Assembly: GCA_910577555.1 (NCBI GenBank)
Contig: CAJTLF010000009.1
Location: 4,709-68,708 of the forward strand
DNA length: 64,000 nt
Reading direction: 5' to 3'
Source of the DNA: an uncultured Christensenella sp.
GTDB taxonomy: Bacteria; Bacillota; Clostridia; Christensenellales; Borkfalkiaceae
Shown piece by piece: positions 36,218-46,566 of this stretch. Position numbers and translations under genes: made by a program. Position 1 is the first letter of the stretch; every line of letters starts with the position of its first letter. The notes under the pieces were generated by a model, which was not told the origin of the DNA, did no database searches, and worked only from the letters and a program-made list of their open reading frames with translations.

Positions 36218-38143
36218 TTAAATGTCAAGCTCTTCTACGAGTTTTGCGTTTTCTTCTATAAACTGACGGCGAAGCTCGGGTTGCTCGCCCATTAACAGCG
36301 AGAAAAGTCTGTCCGCTTCGACGGCGTCTTCAACGTTTATTCTTACGAGCGTGCGCTTTGCGGGGTCCATAGTGGTTTCCCAAAGCTGTTCTTTATTCAT
36401 TTCGCCGAGACCTTTATAACGCTGAAGCTCGAACTTGCCGCCGTACGTTTCCCTGAACTCTCCCAACGCTTTTTCGTCGTAGAGATAAGTTTCGGGAATG
36501 CCCTTGCCCGATACCTTGTAAAGGGGCGGCTGAGCCGCGTATACGTGACCGTTTTCAACGAGCGGACGCATATAACGGAAGAAGAAAGTTAAAAGCAGTA
36601 TTCTTATGTGAGAGCCGTCTACGTCGGCGTCGGTCATAATTATGATTCGGTCGTAGCGCAGTTTGCTCTCGTCAAAGTTTTCCTGTATGCCGCAACCGAA
36701 AGCCGTTATCATCGCCTTGATTTCTTCGTTTTCGAGAACGCGGTTTATTCTTACCTTTTCAACGTTGAGTATCTTACCGCGCAACGGCAGTATCGCCTGA
36801 AAACGCCTGTCGCGCCCCTGCTTTGCGGTTCCGCCTGCGGAGTCGCCTTCTACGATGTAAATTTCGCACAGCTCGGAACGCTTATCCGAACAGTCGGAGA
36901 GCTTGCCGGGGAGCTTGGTGCTTTCAAGCACGCCTTTACGGTGAGTTTCTTCACGGGCGAGCCTTGCCGCTTCACGCGCGCGCTGTGCGGTTATACAGCG
37001 CATTATGAGCTCTTTTGTTTCGGCGGGGTGTTCTTCGAGATAAGTTCCGAATTTATCGACCACCGCTTTCTGAACGAAACCGCGCACGTAAGTGGAGCAT
37101 AACTTGGATTTTGTCTGGCTCTCGTACTGGGCGTCTGCGATTTTTACCGAAACTACCGCGGTAATTCCTTCGCGCACGTCGTCGCCCGAAAGCTTTTCGT
37201 TTTCCCTTAATATATTGAGCCTTTTGCCCGCGTCGTTTATGACCTTCGTGAGCGCGGCTTTAAAGCCGTCGAGATGGGTGCCGCCGTCTGGCTGGCGGAT
37301 ATTGTTTGAGAAGGGGAAAATCTGCTCGGAATAGCTGTCGTTATACTGAATGGCGACTTCCAGAAATTTATCGTCCCCTTCCTGTTCTTCAAAGTAAACG
37401 GGTTTTTCGAATAAAACCTGTTTACCCTTGTTTATATCTTCGATAAAATGCACTACGCCGCCTTCGTAACAGAAGCTGTCGTGCCGTTCCTTTTCGCCGC
37501 GCAAGTCCGTAAGGGTAAGTTTTAAGCCCTTATTCAGATAAGAAAGCTCGCGCAAAAGAGTTTTTAAGGTTTCGTAGTTGAAATCTACCGTTTCGAGTAT
37601 GGTCGCGTCGGGATGGAACGTAATCGTCGTACCCGTCTTTTCGGTATCCCCTATTATTTTTAGGGGTTCTTCGGGAATACCGCAATGATACACCTGACGG
37701 AAGATATGACCGTTCTGGCAAACTTCGGCTACGAGCGTATCTGAAAGAGCGTTTACGCATGAAACGCCCACGCCGTGCAGACCTGACGAAATTTTGTAGC
37801 CTCCAGCCTTGTTTCCGCCGCCGAACTTGCCGCCGGCGTTAAGGTTTGTAAGAGCAAGCTCCACGCCGCTTATGCCCGCGTCGGCATTGATGCCCGTGGG
37901 AATACCGCGACCGTTATCGCGTATGGAGCAGGAGCCGTCCTGCGTGATTATTACGTCGACCGTGTCGCAATAGCCTGCGAGAGCTTCGTCGATAGAGTTA
38001 TCTATAACTTCCCTTACAAGGCAGTGAAGTCCCTTTTCGTCGGTAGGTCCGATATACATTCCCGGGTGTTCGCGGACGGGTTCAAGCCCTTTTAACGCAC
38101 GCAGGGAATTGGCGTCGTAATTGTTTTCTATCTTTTCAGGCAT
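36218..38143 (-). CDS. gyrB: DNA gyrase subunit B
   Basis: GHKL ATPase motifs (LHCLV.EV.DNS.DE, DNGRGIP, GLHGVG). Toprim EGDSAGG and PL.GKILNVE. Confidence 0.95.
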   Translation of the reverse strand: MPEKIENNYDANSLRALKGLEPVREHPGMYIGPTDEKGLHCLVREVIDNSIDEALAGYCDTVDVIITQDGSCSIRDNGRGIPTGINADAGISGVELALTNLNAGGKFGGGNKAGGYKISSGLHGVGVSCVNALSDTLVAEVCQNGHIFRQVYHCGIPEEPLKIIGDTEKTGTTITFHPDATILETVDFNYETLKTLLRELSYLNKGLKLTLTDLRGEKERHDSFCYEGGVVHFIEDINKGKQVLFEKPVYFEEQEGDDKFLEVAIQYNDSYSEQIFPFSNNIRQPDGGTHLDGFKAALTKVINDAGKRLNILRENEKLSGDDVREGITAVVSVKIADAQYESQTKSKLCSTYVRGFVQKAVVDKFGTYLEEHPAETKELIMRCITAQRAREAARLAREETHRKGVLESTKLPGKLSDCSDKRSELCEIYIVEGDSAGGTAKQGRDRRFQAILPLRGKILNVEKVRINRVLENEEIKAMITAFGCGIQENFDESKLRYDRIIIMTDADVDGSHIRILLLTFFFRYMRPLVENGHVYAAQPPLYKVSGKGIPETYLYDEKALGEFRETYGGKFELQRYKGLGEMNKEQLWETTMDPAKRTLVRINVEDAVEADRLFSLLMGEQPELRRQFIEENAKLVEELDI

Positions 38144-38298
38144 AAAATTTTACTCCTTTAAATGCTTGTGAAAAAGTTTTGCTAATCAACGCGCAATACG
38201 TTTAATTTATTATACCATATTATATAATCAAAAGCAAGAATTTGAGCGTAAAATTATTTTTACGCATTAAAATTACTCTTATTTCACATACTGTTTTT

Positions 38299-38451
38299 AT
38301 GGAAAAAATTAACTTTTGCGGAAAAGATTTTAACTTTGCGAACGACTTCTTCGAATGCGGCAATTGCGGCAACCACGTGTGCAAAACCCAAGCCGAAATT
38401 TGGGGAAGAATTTGCCCGAACTGCTTTGGCAGACTTTACAGAATAAGCTGA
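38299..38451 (+). CDS. 50-aa zinc-ribbon microprotein
   Basis: MEKINFCGKDF...ECGNCGNHVC.....ICPNCFGRLYRIS has two CxxC pairs plus extra Cys. Followed directly by a strong terminator. ATG 38299 preferred over TTG 38242. Confidence 0.45.
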   Translation: MEKINFCGKDFNFANDFFECGNCGNHVCKTQAEIWGRICPNCFGRLYRIS

Positions 38452-38458
38452 TAAAAAA

Positions 38459-38490
38459 CTGACGGCGGGGTTTTAAAACCCCGCCGTCAG
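38459..38490. terminator. Bidirectional intrinsic terminator
   Basis: aaaaaa-CTGACGGCGGGGTTTT/AAAACCCCGCCGTCAG-gcgttt. Confidence 0.8.
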
Positions 38491-38494
38491 GCGT

Positions 38495-39211
38495 TTACAG
38501 AGAATATTCTTTTTTAAGCTCTTCAAATCGCGAAAGCCAGAGTGCGGCGTTTTCTTCGTCGCCTACCGCCCGATAATATTCGCTCCTGAGTTCGGCAAGC
38601 GAGATGAAAGCGGGTTCGTCTTCCCGTATCTGCGGGAGATTGAAAAGCAGGTTTTTATCTATTTCAGAAATCTGCTTGCCGTTTAAAAGCTGCGCCTGCA
38701 CCGCCATTACCGCGACCGTAACTTTGGCTACGCCGTCGTTTTTTAAAATTTCGGTACAGAAAAGCCCGTCCGTCTTGCCGCCCGCAAGCTCGGCAGGGAT
38801 AATATTAAGTACCGCGAGATACAGATTGGTCGGCGCGAGAAATAAAATCCACGCGGGCGCGGACGTAAGCCATGCCACGGCGAAGATTACGACAAACACT
38901 GCAAGATTGACGGTTACACCGCCCATACCCGTAACAAACAGCCTTGCACGCAGATTTTTATCTGTCTTTGGCACGAGCCGACAAAATGATGAACCGAAAA
39001 GACTGAATTTCGGAACGGCTTTTATTTTACAGACCGCGCCGAAAAGCATATGACCGAGTTCGTGCAGGAGCGAAGAAAGTGGCAAAGCAAGCACCGCCGC
39101 CGCTCCTACCGCGAATATCCACCAGCCGTTTTCACGCCATACGGCAAAACCGCATACAACGGTGATTGCAACAGCGGAAATTGCCGAAAGAACGGATGCA
39201 AGAATTTTCAT
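38495..39211 (-). CDS. Membrane zinc metalloprotease, site-2-protease (M50)-like
   Basis: HELGH in a TM helix, plus a second motif LNIIPAELAGGKTDG (N..P....DG-like). 5-6 TM. Confidence 0.6.
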   Translation of the reverse strand: MKILASVLSAISAVAITVVCGFAVWRENGWWIFAVGAAAVLALPLSSLLHELGHMLFGAVCKIKAVPKFSLFGSSFCRLVPKTDKNLRARLFVTGMGGVTVNLAVFVVIFAVAWLTSAPAWILFLAPTNLYLAVLNIIPAELAGGKTDGLFCTEILKNDGVAKVTVAVMAVQAQLLNGKQISEIDKNLLFNLPQIREDEPAFISLAELRSEYYRAVGDEENAALWLSRFEELKKEYSL

Positions 39212-40074
39212 AGCCCGCCTTCCTTCAGCATTACGAAGCCTTCCAGATTATCGCTGTCCGAAACGGTTATACCGTTTACTTTAAGTTTTTGCATCAGCCT
39301 TGCGAGCAACAGCGCGCCGCCGCCTATTATATCGGCGCGGCGTTCGTCAACGGTGAGCATTTTACAAATATCGCTTACGGGCGTATTGAGAAGATTTACG
39401 GCGTAATTTTCCACTTCTTCCACAGCAAGGCGCGTACCTTGCACTACCGACGCGTCGTATTCCTTTAAACCGTGTTTTAAAGCGGCGAGCGTGGTCGCCG
39501 TACCGCTTACCCCGTAAATATTATAGTTTTCCGCGGTAAAGCCGCCGAAGTCTTCTATTTTACCGTTTATTGTCTTCTCGAGCGCGTTTTTATCTCTCTT
39601 ACATAAGTCGTAAAGCCTAACCGCGCCGATATCCACGCTCTTTGCATAGATGCGCCTGCCGCCGACGCGCACGGTTAATTCCGTACTTGCGCCGCCAAGG
39701 TCAATCATTCCGCCGTCGGCATATCCGAGCGCGCCCAAAAGACCTATTTCCGCTTCCGTCTCGCCGCTTATAATTTCCACGGTAAGACCGCAGGAGTTTT
39801 TCACGAGCGAAATAAAATCCTTACCGTTTTTAGCCGCACGCACGGCGGCTGTGGCGAACGCGTAAATTTTTTGCGCCCCGTCCTGCCGCGCGGTCTTATT
39901 ATATTCAGCTATAACGGCAGAAGTACGCTCCATTGCCGCAGGAGAAAGCTCGCCCGTAAAAGCCAAACCTTCGCCGAGACGGGTGGTAGTTATGCGTTTA
40001 TATAAAGTTTTTCCGTCCGCGAAAGTTGCAAGGCGGACGGAGTTGGAACCAACGTCGATGGCAGAAATTATCAT
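39208..40074 (-). CDS. Ppx/GppA-family phosphatase (short form)
   Basis: ASKHA-fold motifs AIDVGSNSVRL, DLGGASTE and GVSGTAT. 4-nt overlap with the downstream gene. Confidence 0.8.
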   Translation of the reverse strand: MIISAIDVGSNSVRLATFADGKTLYKRITTTRLGEGLAFTGELSPAAMERTSAVIAEYNKTARQDGAQKIYAFATAAVRAAKNGKDFISLVKNSCGLTVEIISGETEAEIGLLGALGYADGGMIDLGGASTELTVRVGGRRIYAKSVDIGAVRLYDLCKRDKNALEKTINGKIEDFGGFTAENYNIYGVSGTATTLAALKHGLKEYDASVVQGTRLAVEEVENYAVNLLNTPVSDICKMLTVDERRADIIGGGALLLARLMQKLKVNGITVSDSDNLEGFVMLKEGGL

Positions 40075-40081
40075 ATGCGTT

Positions 40082-40336
40082 TTACGGAAAGTAATATCCT
40101 TGCTGGAACAGGAGATTCAAAAGTCCCTGTTCGGTTTGCAGATAATCAAGGTCGTGCTTTTTGTCTTGCAATAATTGCTCGTAACGGGCGATTTCGCTTT
40201 TTGTTCCTTCCACCTGATTTTTTACGAAGATTATCGCGCTTAGCTGATAAATTATCACGGCGGCGAGAATTATTATTAAAAGTATTGCGTTTACCGTTAT
40301 CGCCGCGGCGATGCGGTTTTTCTTCAGAGCGTCCAC
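40082..40336 (-). CDS. divIC: Septum formation initiator (FtsB/DivIC family)
   Basis: 84 aa with an N-terminal TM plus coiled coil. Sits in the conserved position after yabP-yabQ. GTG start with GGAG 7 nt upstream. Confidence 0.65.
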   Translation of the reverse strand: MDALKKNRIAAAITVNAILLIIILAAVIIYQLSAIIFVKNQVEGTKSEIARYEQLLQDKKHDLDYLQTEQGLLNLLFQQGYYFP

Positions 40337-40679
40337 CTTTCTTCTCCAGATAAAGATTAAGTTTATTATAAACTTTTTTTACGGAAAAAGCAACGATTAC
40401 GTGGAAACTTTTTAAATATAACAGTGCGCCGAGACCGCAACCGATGAGCATATACAGCCTGAAGCCTTCGAAATCGAAGGTTACCGACGTAAAAATATAG
40501 CCCGCGGCAAAGGTAAGGCAATATAAAATGTCGGCGGCGATTATAAAAATTCTGTCTTTGACGGTATAAACCCGCTTATCCGCACCGCACAGAAAAACGC
40601 GGGCGACGAACAGAACGTCGTATAAAATCCCGCTTATTATTCCGCAAAACAGACAGACTATAAAAATAAAAAAACGCAT
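40146..40679 (-). CDS. yabQ: Spore cortex biosynthesis protein YabQ-like (3-4 TM) with long basic tail that overlaps divIC by 191 nt
   Basis: The TM region follows yabP as in the Bacillus yabP-yabQ-divIC arrangement. The ORF has no stop until 40146, reading out of frame across the divIC start. Confidence 0.6.
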   Translation of the reverse strand: MRFFIFIVCLFCGIISGILYDVLFVARVFLCGADKRVYTVKDRIFIIAADILYCLTFAAGYIFTSVTFDFEGFRLYMLIGCGLGALLYLKSFHVIVAFSVKKVYNKLNLYLEKKGGRSEEKPHRRGDNGKRNTFNNNSRRRDNLSAKRDNLRKKSGGRNKKRNRPLRAIIARQKARP

Positions 40680-40690
40680 ACCCGAAAAAG

Positions 40691-40942
40691 TTACTTAAAT
40701 AATTTTTGCCTGAAAGTGCCGCCTTTTTGCGAATACTTTACGCCGGTTACGCTACCCGTCGCCGAGAACGCGCCGCTCGTCTTTGAAAAGTTCACTATTT
40801 TCATTCCCGAACCCGAAACGAGTATTTTACCGCCCGCGTAGCTTAAAGTTATCTGCCTGTCGGAAAACGCGTCTACTCCCGTAATTGCGGTTGCCGTTAT
40901 CCTTTTACATTGTTCTATACTTAAGTTATGTCCTTCTTCCAC
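40691..40942 (-). CDS. yabP: Sporulation protein YabP
   Basis: 83 aa. L.I...K.I...GV....F.D..I.L......L...G..L.I pattern typical of YabP. GTG start. Confidence 0.75.
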   Translation of the reverse strand: MEEGHNLSIEQCKRITATAITGVDAFSDRQITLSYAGGKILVSGSGMKIVNFSKTSGAFSATGSVTGVKYSQKGGTFRQKLFK

Positions 40943-40956
40943 TTTTACGCTCCCAT

Positions 40957-40985
40957 AAAAAAATACCGCCCCGTATGGGGTGGTA
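40957..40985 (-). terminator. Intrinsic terminator after typA
   Basis: Minus strand: TACCACCCC-atac-GGGGCGGTA-TTTTTTT. Ends only about 15 nt before the yabP start. Confidence 0.75.
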
Positions 40986-41043
40986 TATTTATACGCCGTA
41001 ATTTTAAAAATTATTACCCTTTGAGTAGTATAACGGTTTACGG

Positions 41044-42873
41044 TTACTCGCCTTTCTTTTCCTTTGCGCGGGCTTTGGCGCGAAGTTCGCTATCCAAAAT
41101 TCTCTTTCTCACGCGTATATTCTTTGGCGTTACTTCCAAAAGCTCGTCGTCGCCGATAAATTCAAGGCACTCTTCAAGGCTCATTTTCTTGGGCGTGATA
41201 AGACGCAACGCGTCGTCGCTCGCGCTCGAGCGGGTGTTAGTAAGGTGCTTGGTCTTACATACGTTTACGTTCAAATCTTCGTTTTTGGGCGATTCGCCTA
41301 TAACCATTCCTTCGTAAACGGGAGTACCCGCGCCGATGAACAGAGTTCCCCTGCCCTGAGCGTTGAAAAGACCGTAAGTAACGGCTTCGCCCGTTTCAAA
41401 CGCCACGAGCGAACCCGTACTTCTGCGTTGCAGTTCGCCCTTATACGGCTGATACTCGAAGAATACGCTGCTCATTACCCCTTCACCCTTGGTGGAAGTG
41501 AGAAATTCCGATTTATAACCGAAAAGACCGCGGGCGGGAACTATAAATTCAAGCCTTGTACGCGAGCCAATCGCGCTCATATGCAGGAGCTCGCCCTTGC
41601 GGTTACCCATACTCTGGAACACCGCGCCCGTCGCGTCGTCGGGCACGTCAACGATGAGCCTTTCCATGGGCTCGCACTTTACGCCGTCGATTTCCTTGAA
41701 CATGACGCGCGGGGTGGAAACCTGAAACTCGTAACCTTCGCGGCGCATATTTTCAATGAGAATCGAAAGGTGCATTTCACCCCTGCCGCACACGCGGTAG
41801 CTGTCCGCCGAACCCGTTTCTTCAACGCGCAAGGATACGTCTTTCAAAAGCTCTTTGAAAAGCCTGTCGCGGATATGGCGGGTCGTGACGAGCTTGCCTT
41901 CCCTGCCCGCAAACGGGCTGTCGTTTACGGAGAAAGTCATCTCTACGGTAGGCTCGGTGATTTTTACGAATTTGTGCGGTTCCACGCAGTCGGGGTCGCA
42001 CACGGTGTCGCCGATGTTTATCTTTTCAAGCCCCGAAAAACAAACTATATCGCCCGCCTTTGCCATTTCGCACTGCGTTCTGTTAAGACCTTCAATCTGG
42101 TAAAGGTTGGCTATTTTACCCTGCGTTTTAAGCTGTAGGTTGTTGTAGTTGCATACGGTTACGGCTTGTCCCTGCTTTATTTCGCCGCGCTCGATACGGC
42201 CTATGCCTATGCGCCCCACGTAATCGTTATAGTCGATGGACGAAACGAGAATTTGCGCTTTACCCTGAGTATCCGCGTCCATAGGCTTAATGTGGTTTAA
42301 AATAGTTTCAAAGAGCGGAGTTAAATCCTTGCCATTCTCGTTTAAATCGAGAGTTGCCGTGCCGTCTCTTCCCGAACACCATACGACGGGGCTTAAAAGC
42401 TGGTCGTCGGTAGCGTCGAGTTCGAGAAGTAACTCTAAAATTTCGTCCTGAACTTCGTTTAAGCGGGCGTCGGGGCGGTCAATTTTATTTACCACGATTA
42501 TCAGGCGATGCCCCATTTCGAGAGCTTTCTGCACCACGAAACGGGTCTGCGGCATAGGACCTTCCGCCGCGTCGACGAGCACGAGCACGCCGTTGACCAT
42601 CATCATTACGCGCTCTACTTCGCCCGAGAAATCCGCATGCCCCGGAGTGTCGACGACGTTTATTTTAACGCCCTTGTAGTTTATGGAAGTGTTCTTTGCA
42701 AGAATTGTTATCCCGCGCTCGCGCTCGATTGCGTTACTGTCCATTACGCGCTCTTCAACGGACTGGTTGTCGCGGAAGGTGTGGCTCTGTTTTAACATAG
42801 CGTCGACCAAAGTCGTCTTGCCGTGGTCTACGTGCGCAATTATAGCCACGTTTCTTAAATCGTTTCTTAACAT
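41044..42873 (-). CDS. typA: Translational GTPase TypA/BipA
   Basis: [22 protein letters not shown] and the EF-G-like domain order. 609 aa. Confidence 0.92.
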   Translation of the reverse strand: MLRNDLRNVAIIAHVDHGKTTLVDAMLKQSHTFRDNQSVEERVMDSNAIERERGITILAKNTSINYKGVKINVVDTPGHADFSGEVERVMMMVNGVLVLVDAAEGPMPQTRFVVQKALEMGHRLIIVVNKIDRPDARLNEVQDEILELLLELDATDDQLLSPVVWCSGRDGTATLDLNENGKDLTPLFETILNHIKPMDADTQGKAQILVSSIDYNDYVGRIGIGRIERGEIKQGQAVTVCNYNNLQLKTQGKIANLYQIEGLNRTQCEMAKAGDIVCFSGLEKINIGDTVCDPDCVEPHKFVKITEPTVEMTFSVNDSPFAGREGKLVTTRHIRDRLFKELLKDVSLRVEETGSADSYRVCGRGEMHLSILIENMRREGYEFQVSTPRVMFKEIDGVKCEPMERLIVDVPDDATGAVFQSMGNRKGELLHMSAIGSRTRLEFIVPARGLFGYKSEFLTSTKGEGVMSSVFFEYQPYKGELQRRSTGSLVAFETGEAVTYGLFNAQGRGTLFIGAGTPVYEGMVIGESPKNEDLNVNVCKTKHLTNTRSSASDDALRLITPKKMSLEECLEFIGDDELLEVTPKNIRVRKRILDSELRAKARAKEKKGE

Positions 42874-42894
42874 TTTTTCTTTAAATCCTTGAAT

Positions 42895-43890
42895 TTATTT
42901 CTCAAATTCCCTCTTCGTTTCCCTTTCAAACAGTTTAAGTATAATTTCCCTGCACGCCTTTGCGCCGTCGCCGCTTTCAAACGGGTGGGTTAAAAAGCAA
43001 GCCTCGTAAACGGCGTTGGTTATGGGAAGGTCTATCCCGTATTTATCGCCGAGTTCCTTCATTGCCTTTGCCGTCATGACGCCTTCGGCAAGCTTATCGA
43101 ATTTGTCGCCGCGCGCCATCATCTCGCCGTAACGGCGGTTATGCGAGTACTCGGAAAACAGCGTCGTTTCGTAATCGCCGAGATGCGCAAGCCCGTAAGC
43201 AGACCCGAACTCTCCGCCCATAGCTTTGACGAGTTTTCCGACTTCGTACGCGCCGCGAGCCATTAAAGGTCCCTTTAAACTGACCCAGCCGCTACCGTCA
43301 AGCACGCCTGCGGCTATGCCGAGTACGTTTTTCGCCGCCGCGCCTATTTCCGTGCCTATAATATCGTTGCCGTAATAAAAACGGATTAAATTGCTTTTGA
43401 AAGCGTTCGCGAGTTTTATTTTAAGTTCTTCGGAATACGCGTCGACTATCATACAGTTGGGTATACCCTGCGTGAACGCCTGAATATGACCGGGACCTAC
43501 CCACACGGCAATTTTATCCTTGGATATGCCGCTTTCAAGCATTACTTCAGAAAGGCGTTTGCCCGTGCTTTCTTCGATGCCCTTCATACAGAGCACGAAG
43601 GTTTTATCGCTTACGGGATACTGCGTTACTTTTTTCATAAAGCCGCGCAAGCCCTGCGACGATATCGATATTATTATCACGTCGCTTTCCGTTACCGCAC
43701 GCTTTAAGTCGCACGTTAAATCGATGGATTTATCCAAAGTTACGTACTCGTTTTTGCCAGTGTTTTTCAATACTTCGTACGAGTACTCGCCTTCGGGCCC
43801 CCAGCTTATAACCTTGTTTTTTAATACGGTTGCCTGATACCACGCTATGAACGAACCCCAGCGTCCGCAACCCAATACGCTTATTTTCAT
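42895..43890 (-). CDS. gpsA: NAD(P)H-dependent glycerol-3-phosphate dehydrogenase
   Basis: Rossmann motif [11 protein letters not shown], plus internal KG.E and GA.KNV..IA.G motifs. Confidence 0.75.
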   Translation of the reverse strand: MKISVLGCGRWGSFIAWYQATVLKNKVISWGPEGEYSYEVLKNTGKNEYVTLDKSIDLTCDLKRAVTESDVIIISISSQGLRGFMKKVTQYPVSDKTFVLCMKGIEESTGKRLSEVMLESGISKDKIAVWVGPGHIQAFTQGIPNCMIVDAYSEELKIKLANAFKSNLIRFYYGNDIIGTEIGAAAKNVLGIAAGVLDGSGWVSLKGPLMARGAYEVGKLVKAMGGEFGSAYGLAHLGDYETTLFSEYSHNRRYGEMMARGDKFDKLAEGVMTAKAMKELGDKYGIDLPITNAVYEACFLTHPFESGDGAKACREIILKLFERETKREFEK

Positions 43891-44477
43891 ATCGATTTCC
43901 TTTCCGACAGAGCGCGTGAAAGCGTCACTTCGTCGGTATATTCGAGTTCGCCGCCTATGGGTATACCGTGCGCAAGTCGCGTAACGTTCACGCCCAACGG
44001 CTTTAAAAGTTTTGCAATATACATTGCGGTGGCTTCGCCTTCCACGTCGGGATTGGTTGCCATAATAACTTCGGTAACGTTGCCGTCGATACGCGCCAAA
44101 AGTTCTTTAATGCGTATATCGTTGGGTCCTATCCCTTCCATAGGGCTTATAACGCCGTGCAATACGTGGTATACGCCTTTGAACTCGTGCAATTTTTCCA
44201 TTGCGATTACGTCCTTAGGTTCTTTGACGACGCAGATGGTCGACGACGGACGGGTTTTGCATACTTCGCAGGTATCGTTCTCGGTAAAATTGCCGCACAC
44301 GCTGCAATATTTTACTTTTTGCTTACAATAAATGACCGCGTCGGCAAACGCTTTTGCGTCGGCGTCAGTCATGCCTATGATTTTATAGGCGTAACGCTGA
44401 GCCGTTTTTTTGCCTACGCCCGGTAGCTTGGAAAACTCGTTTATAAGCCTGCCTATAGGTTCGATAAATACGTCCAT
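43887..44477 (-). CDS. recR: Recombination protein RecR
   Basis: HhH LPGVG.KTAQR, zinf C..C.....C..C, Toprim domain. Confidence 0.92.
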   Translation of the reverse strand: MDVFIEPIGRLINEFSKLPGVGKKTAQRYAYKIIGMTDADAKAFADAVIYCKQKVKYCSVCGNFTENDTCEVCKTRPSSTICVVKEPKDVIAMEKLHEFKGVYHVLHGVISPMEGIGPNDIRIKELLARIDGNVTEVIMATNPDVEGEATAMYIAKLLKPLGVNVTRLAHGIPIGGELEYTDEVTLSRALSERKSI

Positions 44478-44493
44478 AAAACCCCGACCGTAA

Positions 44494-44853
44494 TTATATC
44501 AGTCCGCGGCCCGCTTTTGCAAAGGGACCCATTTTTTCATCGTAAAGCGCGTCTGCCTTTTTATAGCCGTCGTTAATGGCAGCCATAATCAAATCTTCGA
44601 GCATTTCCACGTCGTCGGGGTCGGAAATATCCACGAGCTCGGAAAGCTTACTGCCGAACTCCACGCCGTTTATTATCTTTTTTCCGTTCATATAGACGAC
44701 TACCGTTTCGTCCCCTTCTTCTCCGCCGCCCGAAAGACCTACTACTTCCAGCTCTTCAAGCTCTTTATCGGCTTCCTGCATCTGTTCCTGCATTTTCTGG
44801 GCTTCGCGCATAAGGTTCTGCATATTGCCCATTCCGCCCTTGAATCCTGCCAT
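44494..44853 (-). CDS. ybaB: Nucleoid-associated protein YbaB/EbfC
   Basis: [19 protein letters not shown]-terminus. Conserved dnaX-ybaB-recR synteny. Confidence 0.9.
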   Translation of the reverse strand: MAGFKGGMGNMQNLMREAQKMQEQMQEADKELEELEVVGLSGGGEEGDETVVVYMNGKKIINGVEFGSKLSELVDISDPDDVEMLEDLIMAAINDGYKKADALYDEKMGPFAKAGRGLI

Positions 44854-44865
44854 ATATACTCCTTT

Positions 44866-46566
44866 TTACTTAATTTCTATATCCGTGCCTTCAAAATTAT
44901 TTTTAAGGTCGCGCAACGCTTTTTCGTAGTCGCTTTCGCCGCGCTCCTTAAAGCGTACTTCAAACTCGGAAACGCCGAGTTCAAGCAGAGCTTCGCCTAT
45001 AAATTTTGCGTTATCCGCGCGGTTCAACGATTTTTGCACCGCCGCGCTTTCTGTAGTAAGAATTAATTTATCGCCTTCAAACGAATGGTCTAAATCCATA
45101 CACAGCGTAAAGAGCACTGCGTTTTTATGCGTCGTACGCAAGCTTTTAATAAACTTTGCAAACAGCGTGGATTTATCCGCGCTTCCGACCATGGCGGGTT
45201 TATGCGAATAGTCGTCGAAAATCTGCGGTTGGACAGCGTTCTCTTCAAACGGGTTGGGCGCAGGCTCGTCGAACGGACTCGATTCTTCTTCCTGCAACAC
45301 GGTAGGAATTTCACGAACGGGTCTTTTAGGTTCAATCGGCTTTTCCGCAGTTTTGGCGGGTTTAACCGTTTCACTTTCAACGGGTGCGGAATTTTCCGCC
45401 TTAAACTTGATTACACCCGCGGATATACTGCGTTCAAGCGAGTTTATTCTGCCTATAAGAGCATCGATATCGTAGTCGCTTTGCGGCACGCTCGCCTTGA
45501 AAACCGCCGTTTCCAGAGTAATTCTGCCGCTCGTCGAATATTTCATATCCGTTTCGGCTTTGGAAAGTATCTCCGTTACGCGCAGAAGCTTATGCCCGTC
45601 AGCAACGGCGGCGATTTCTTCTATTTTAGAGTAAGTTTCGTCGGGTAAATTTACTATTTCGCGGGCATTTCTGCATACCTTGACTATCGTACACTGATTC
45701 AAAAAGGACAGCATATCCTTTACGAGAACGCCGACGCCCTTACCCGTGGACAAAATTTCTTCCGTGGCGGAAATAGCCCCGTTTGCGTCTTCTGAAAGTA
45801 TTCGACCGCATATATGCGCTACTTTAGCCCATTCCGCACTTCCCAAAACGGCGTTTACGTCGTCGTAAGTAAGTTTACCGCGCGAATACGACGCGCATGT
45901 ATCGGCTATCGAAAGGCTGTCGCGCGCGCTGCCCGCGCCCGCTCTCGCTATTGCCGAAACGGCGGCGGGCTCGTACTCTTTGCCCGTCTTTTTGAAAACG
46001 CTTTTAATCAGTTCTTCAAGGTCGGACTGCGGTATCAGCTTGAAATCGAACCGCATACAGCGGGAAAGTATGGTTGCGGGAATTTTCTGCGGCTCGGTCG
46101 TAGCGAGAATAAACACTGCGTGACGGGGCGGCTCTTCCAAGGTTTTCAAAACTGCGTTGAAAGCCGACTGTGTGAGCATATGCACTTCGTCTATGATATA
46201 AACCTTATATTTGCCCGCGACGGGTGGATATTGCACCTTTTCGCGCAGGTCTCGCATTTCGTCCACACCGTTGTTGGACGCCGCGTCTATTTCCGAAATA
46301 TCGAGATTTGACGGGTCGGAAAGAGCGCGGCACGCGGCGCATTTGCCGCACGGAGAAGAGTTTTGCGGATTTTCGCAATTTATCGCTTTTGCAAAAATTT
46401 TCGCGAGAGTGGTTTTACCCGTCCCGCGCGGTCCGCAAAAAAGATACGCGTGACCTATTTTGTCGCCCGCAATCTGGTTTTTTAATATTCTTACTATATG
46501 TTCCTGCCTGACGACTTCGTCGAAAGTAGTCGGACGGAACATTCTGTAATACGCGAGATAAGCCAT
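44866..46566 (-). CDS. dnaX: DNA polymerase III subunit gamma/tau
   Basis: GPRGTGKTT Walker A, Zn module C..C..C, DEVHML, SRC sensor motif. Confidence 0.92.
   Translation of the reverse strand: MAYLAYYRMFRPTTFDEVVRQEHIVRILKNQIAGDKIGHAYLFCGPRGTGKTTLAKIFAKAINCENPQNSSPCGKCAACRALSDPSNLDISEIDAASNNGVDEMRDLREKVQYPPVAGKYKVYIIDEVHMLTQSAFNAVLKTLEEPPRHAVFILATTEPQKIPATILSRCMRFDFKLIPQSDLEELIKSVFKKTGKEYEPAAVSAIARAGAGSARDSLSIADTCASYSRGKLTYDDVNAVLGSAEWAKVAHICGRILSEDANGAISATEEILSTGKGVGVLVKDMLSFLNQCTIVKVCRNAREIVNLPDETYSKIEEIAAVADGHKLLRVTEILSKAETDMKYSTSGRITLETAVFKASVPQSDYDIDALIGRINSLERSISAGVIKFKAENSAPVESETVKPAKTAEKPIEPKRPVREIPTVLQEEESSPFDEPAPNPFEENAVQPQIFDDYSHKPAMVGSADKSTLFAKFIKSLRTTHKNAVLFTLCMDLDHSFEGDKLILTTESAAVQKSLNRADNAKFIGEALLELGVSEFEVRFKERGESDYEKALRDLKNNFEGTDIEIK

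Noticed and set aside
36205-38298. Chromosomal origin (oriC) expected near gyrB-gyrA.
   Set aside because: dnaA, dnaN and recF are not adjacent. Upstream of gyrB is only a 155-nt AT-rich spacer and a microprotein ORF. I saw no cluster of TTATCCACA-type boxes there.
40957-41043. Sigma-E-type sporulation promoter for yabP between the typA terminator and the yabP start.
   Set aside because: Only about 15 nt separate the terminator from the GTG start. A CATAC element lies inside the hairpin, but the spacing to any ATA -35-like element does not fit, so I could not support a promoter call.
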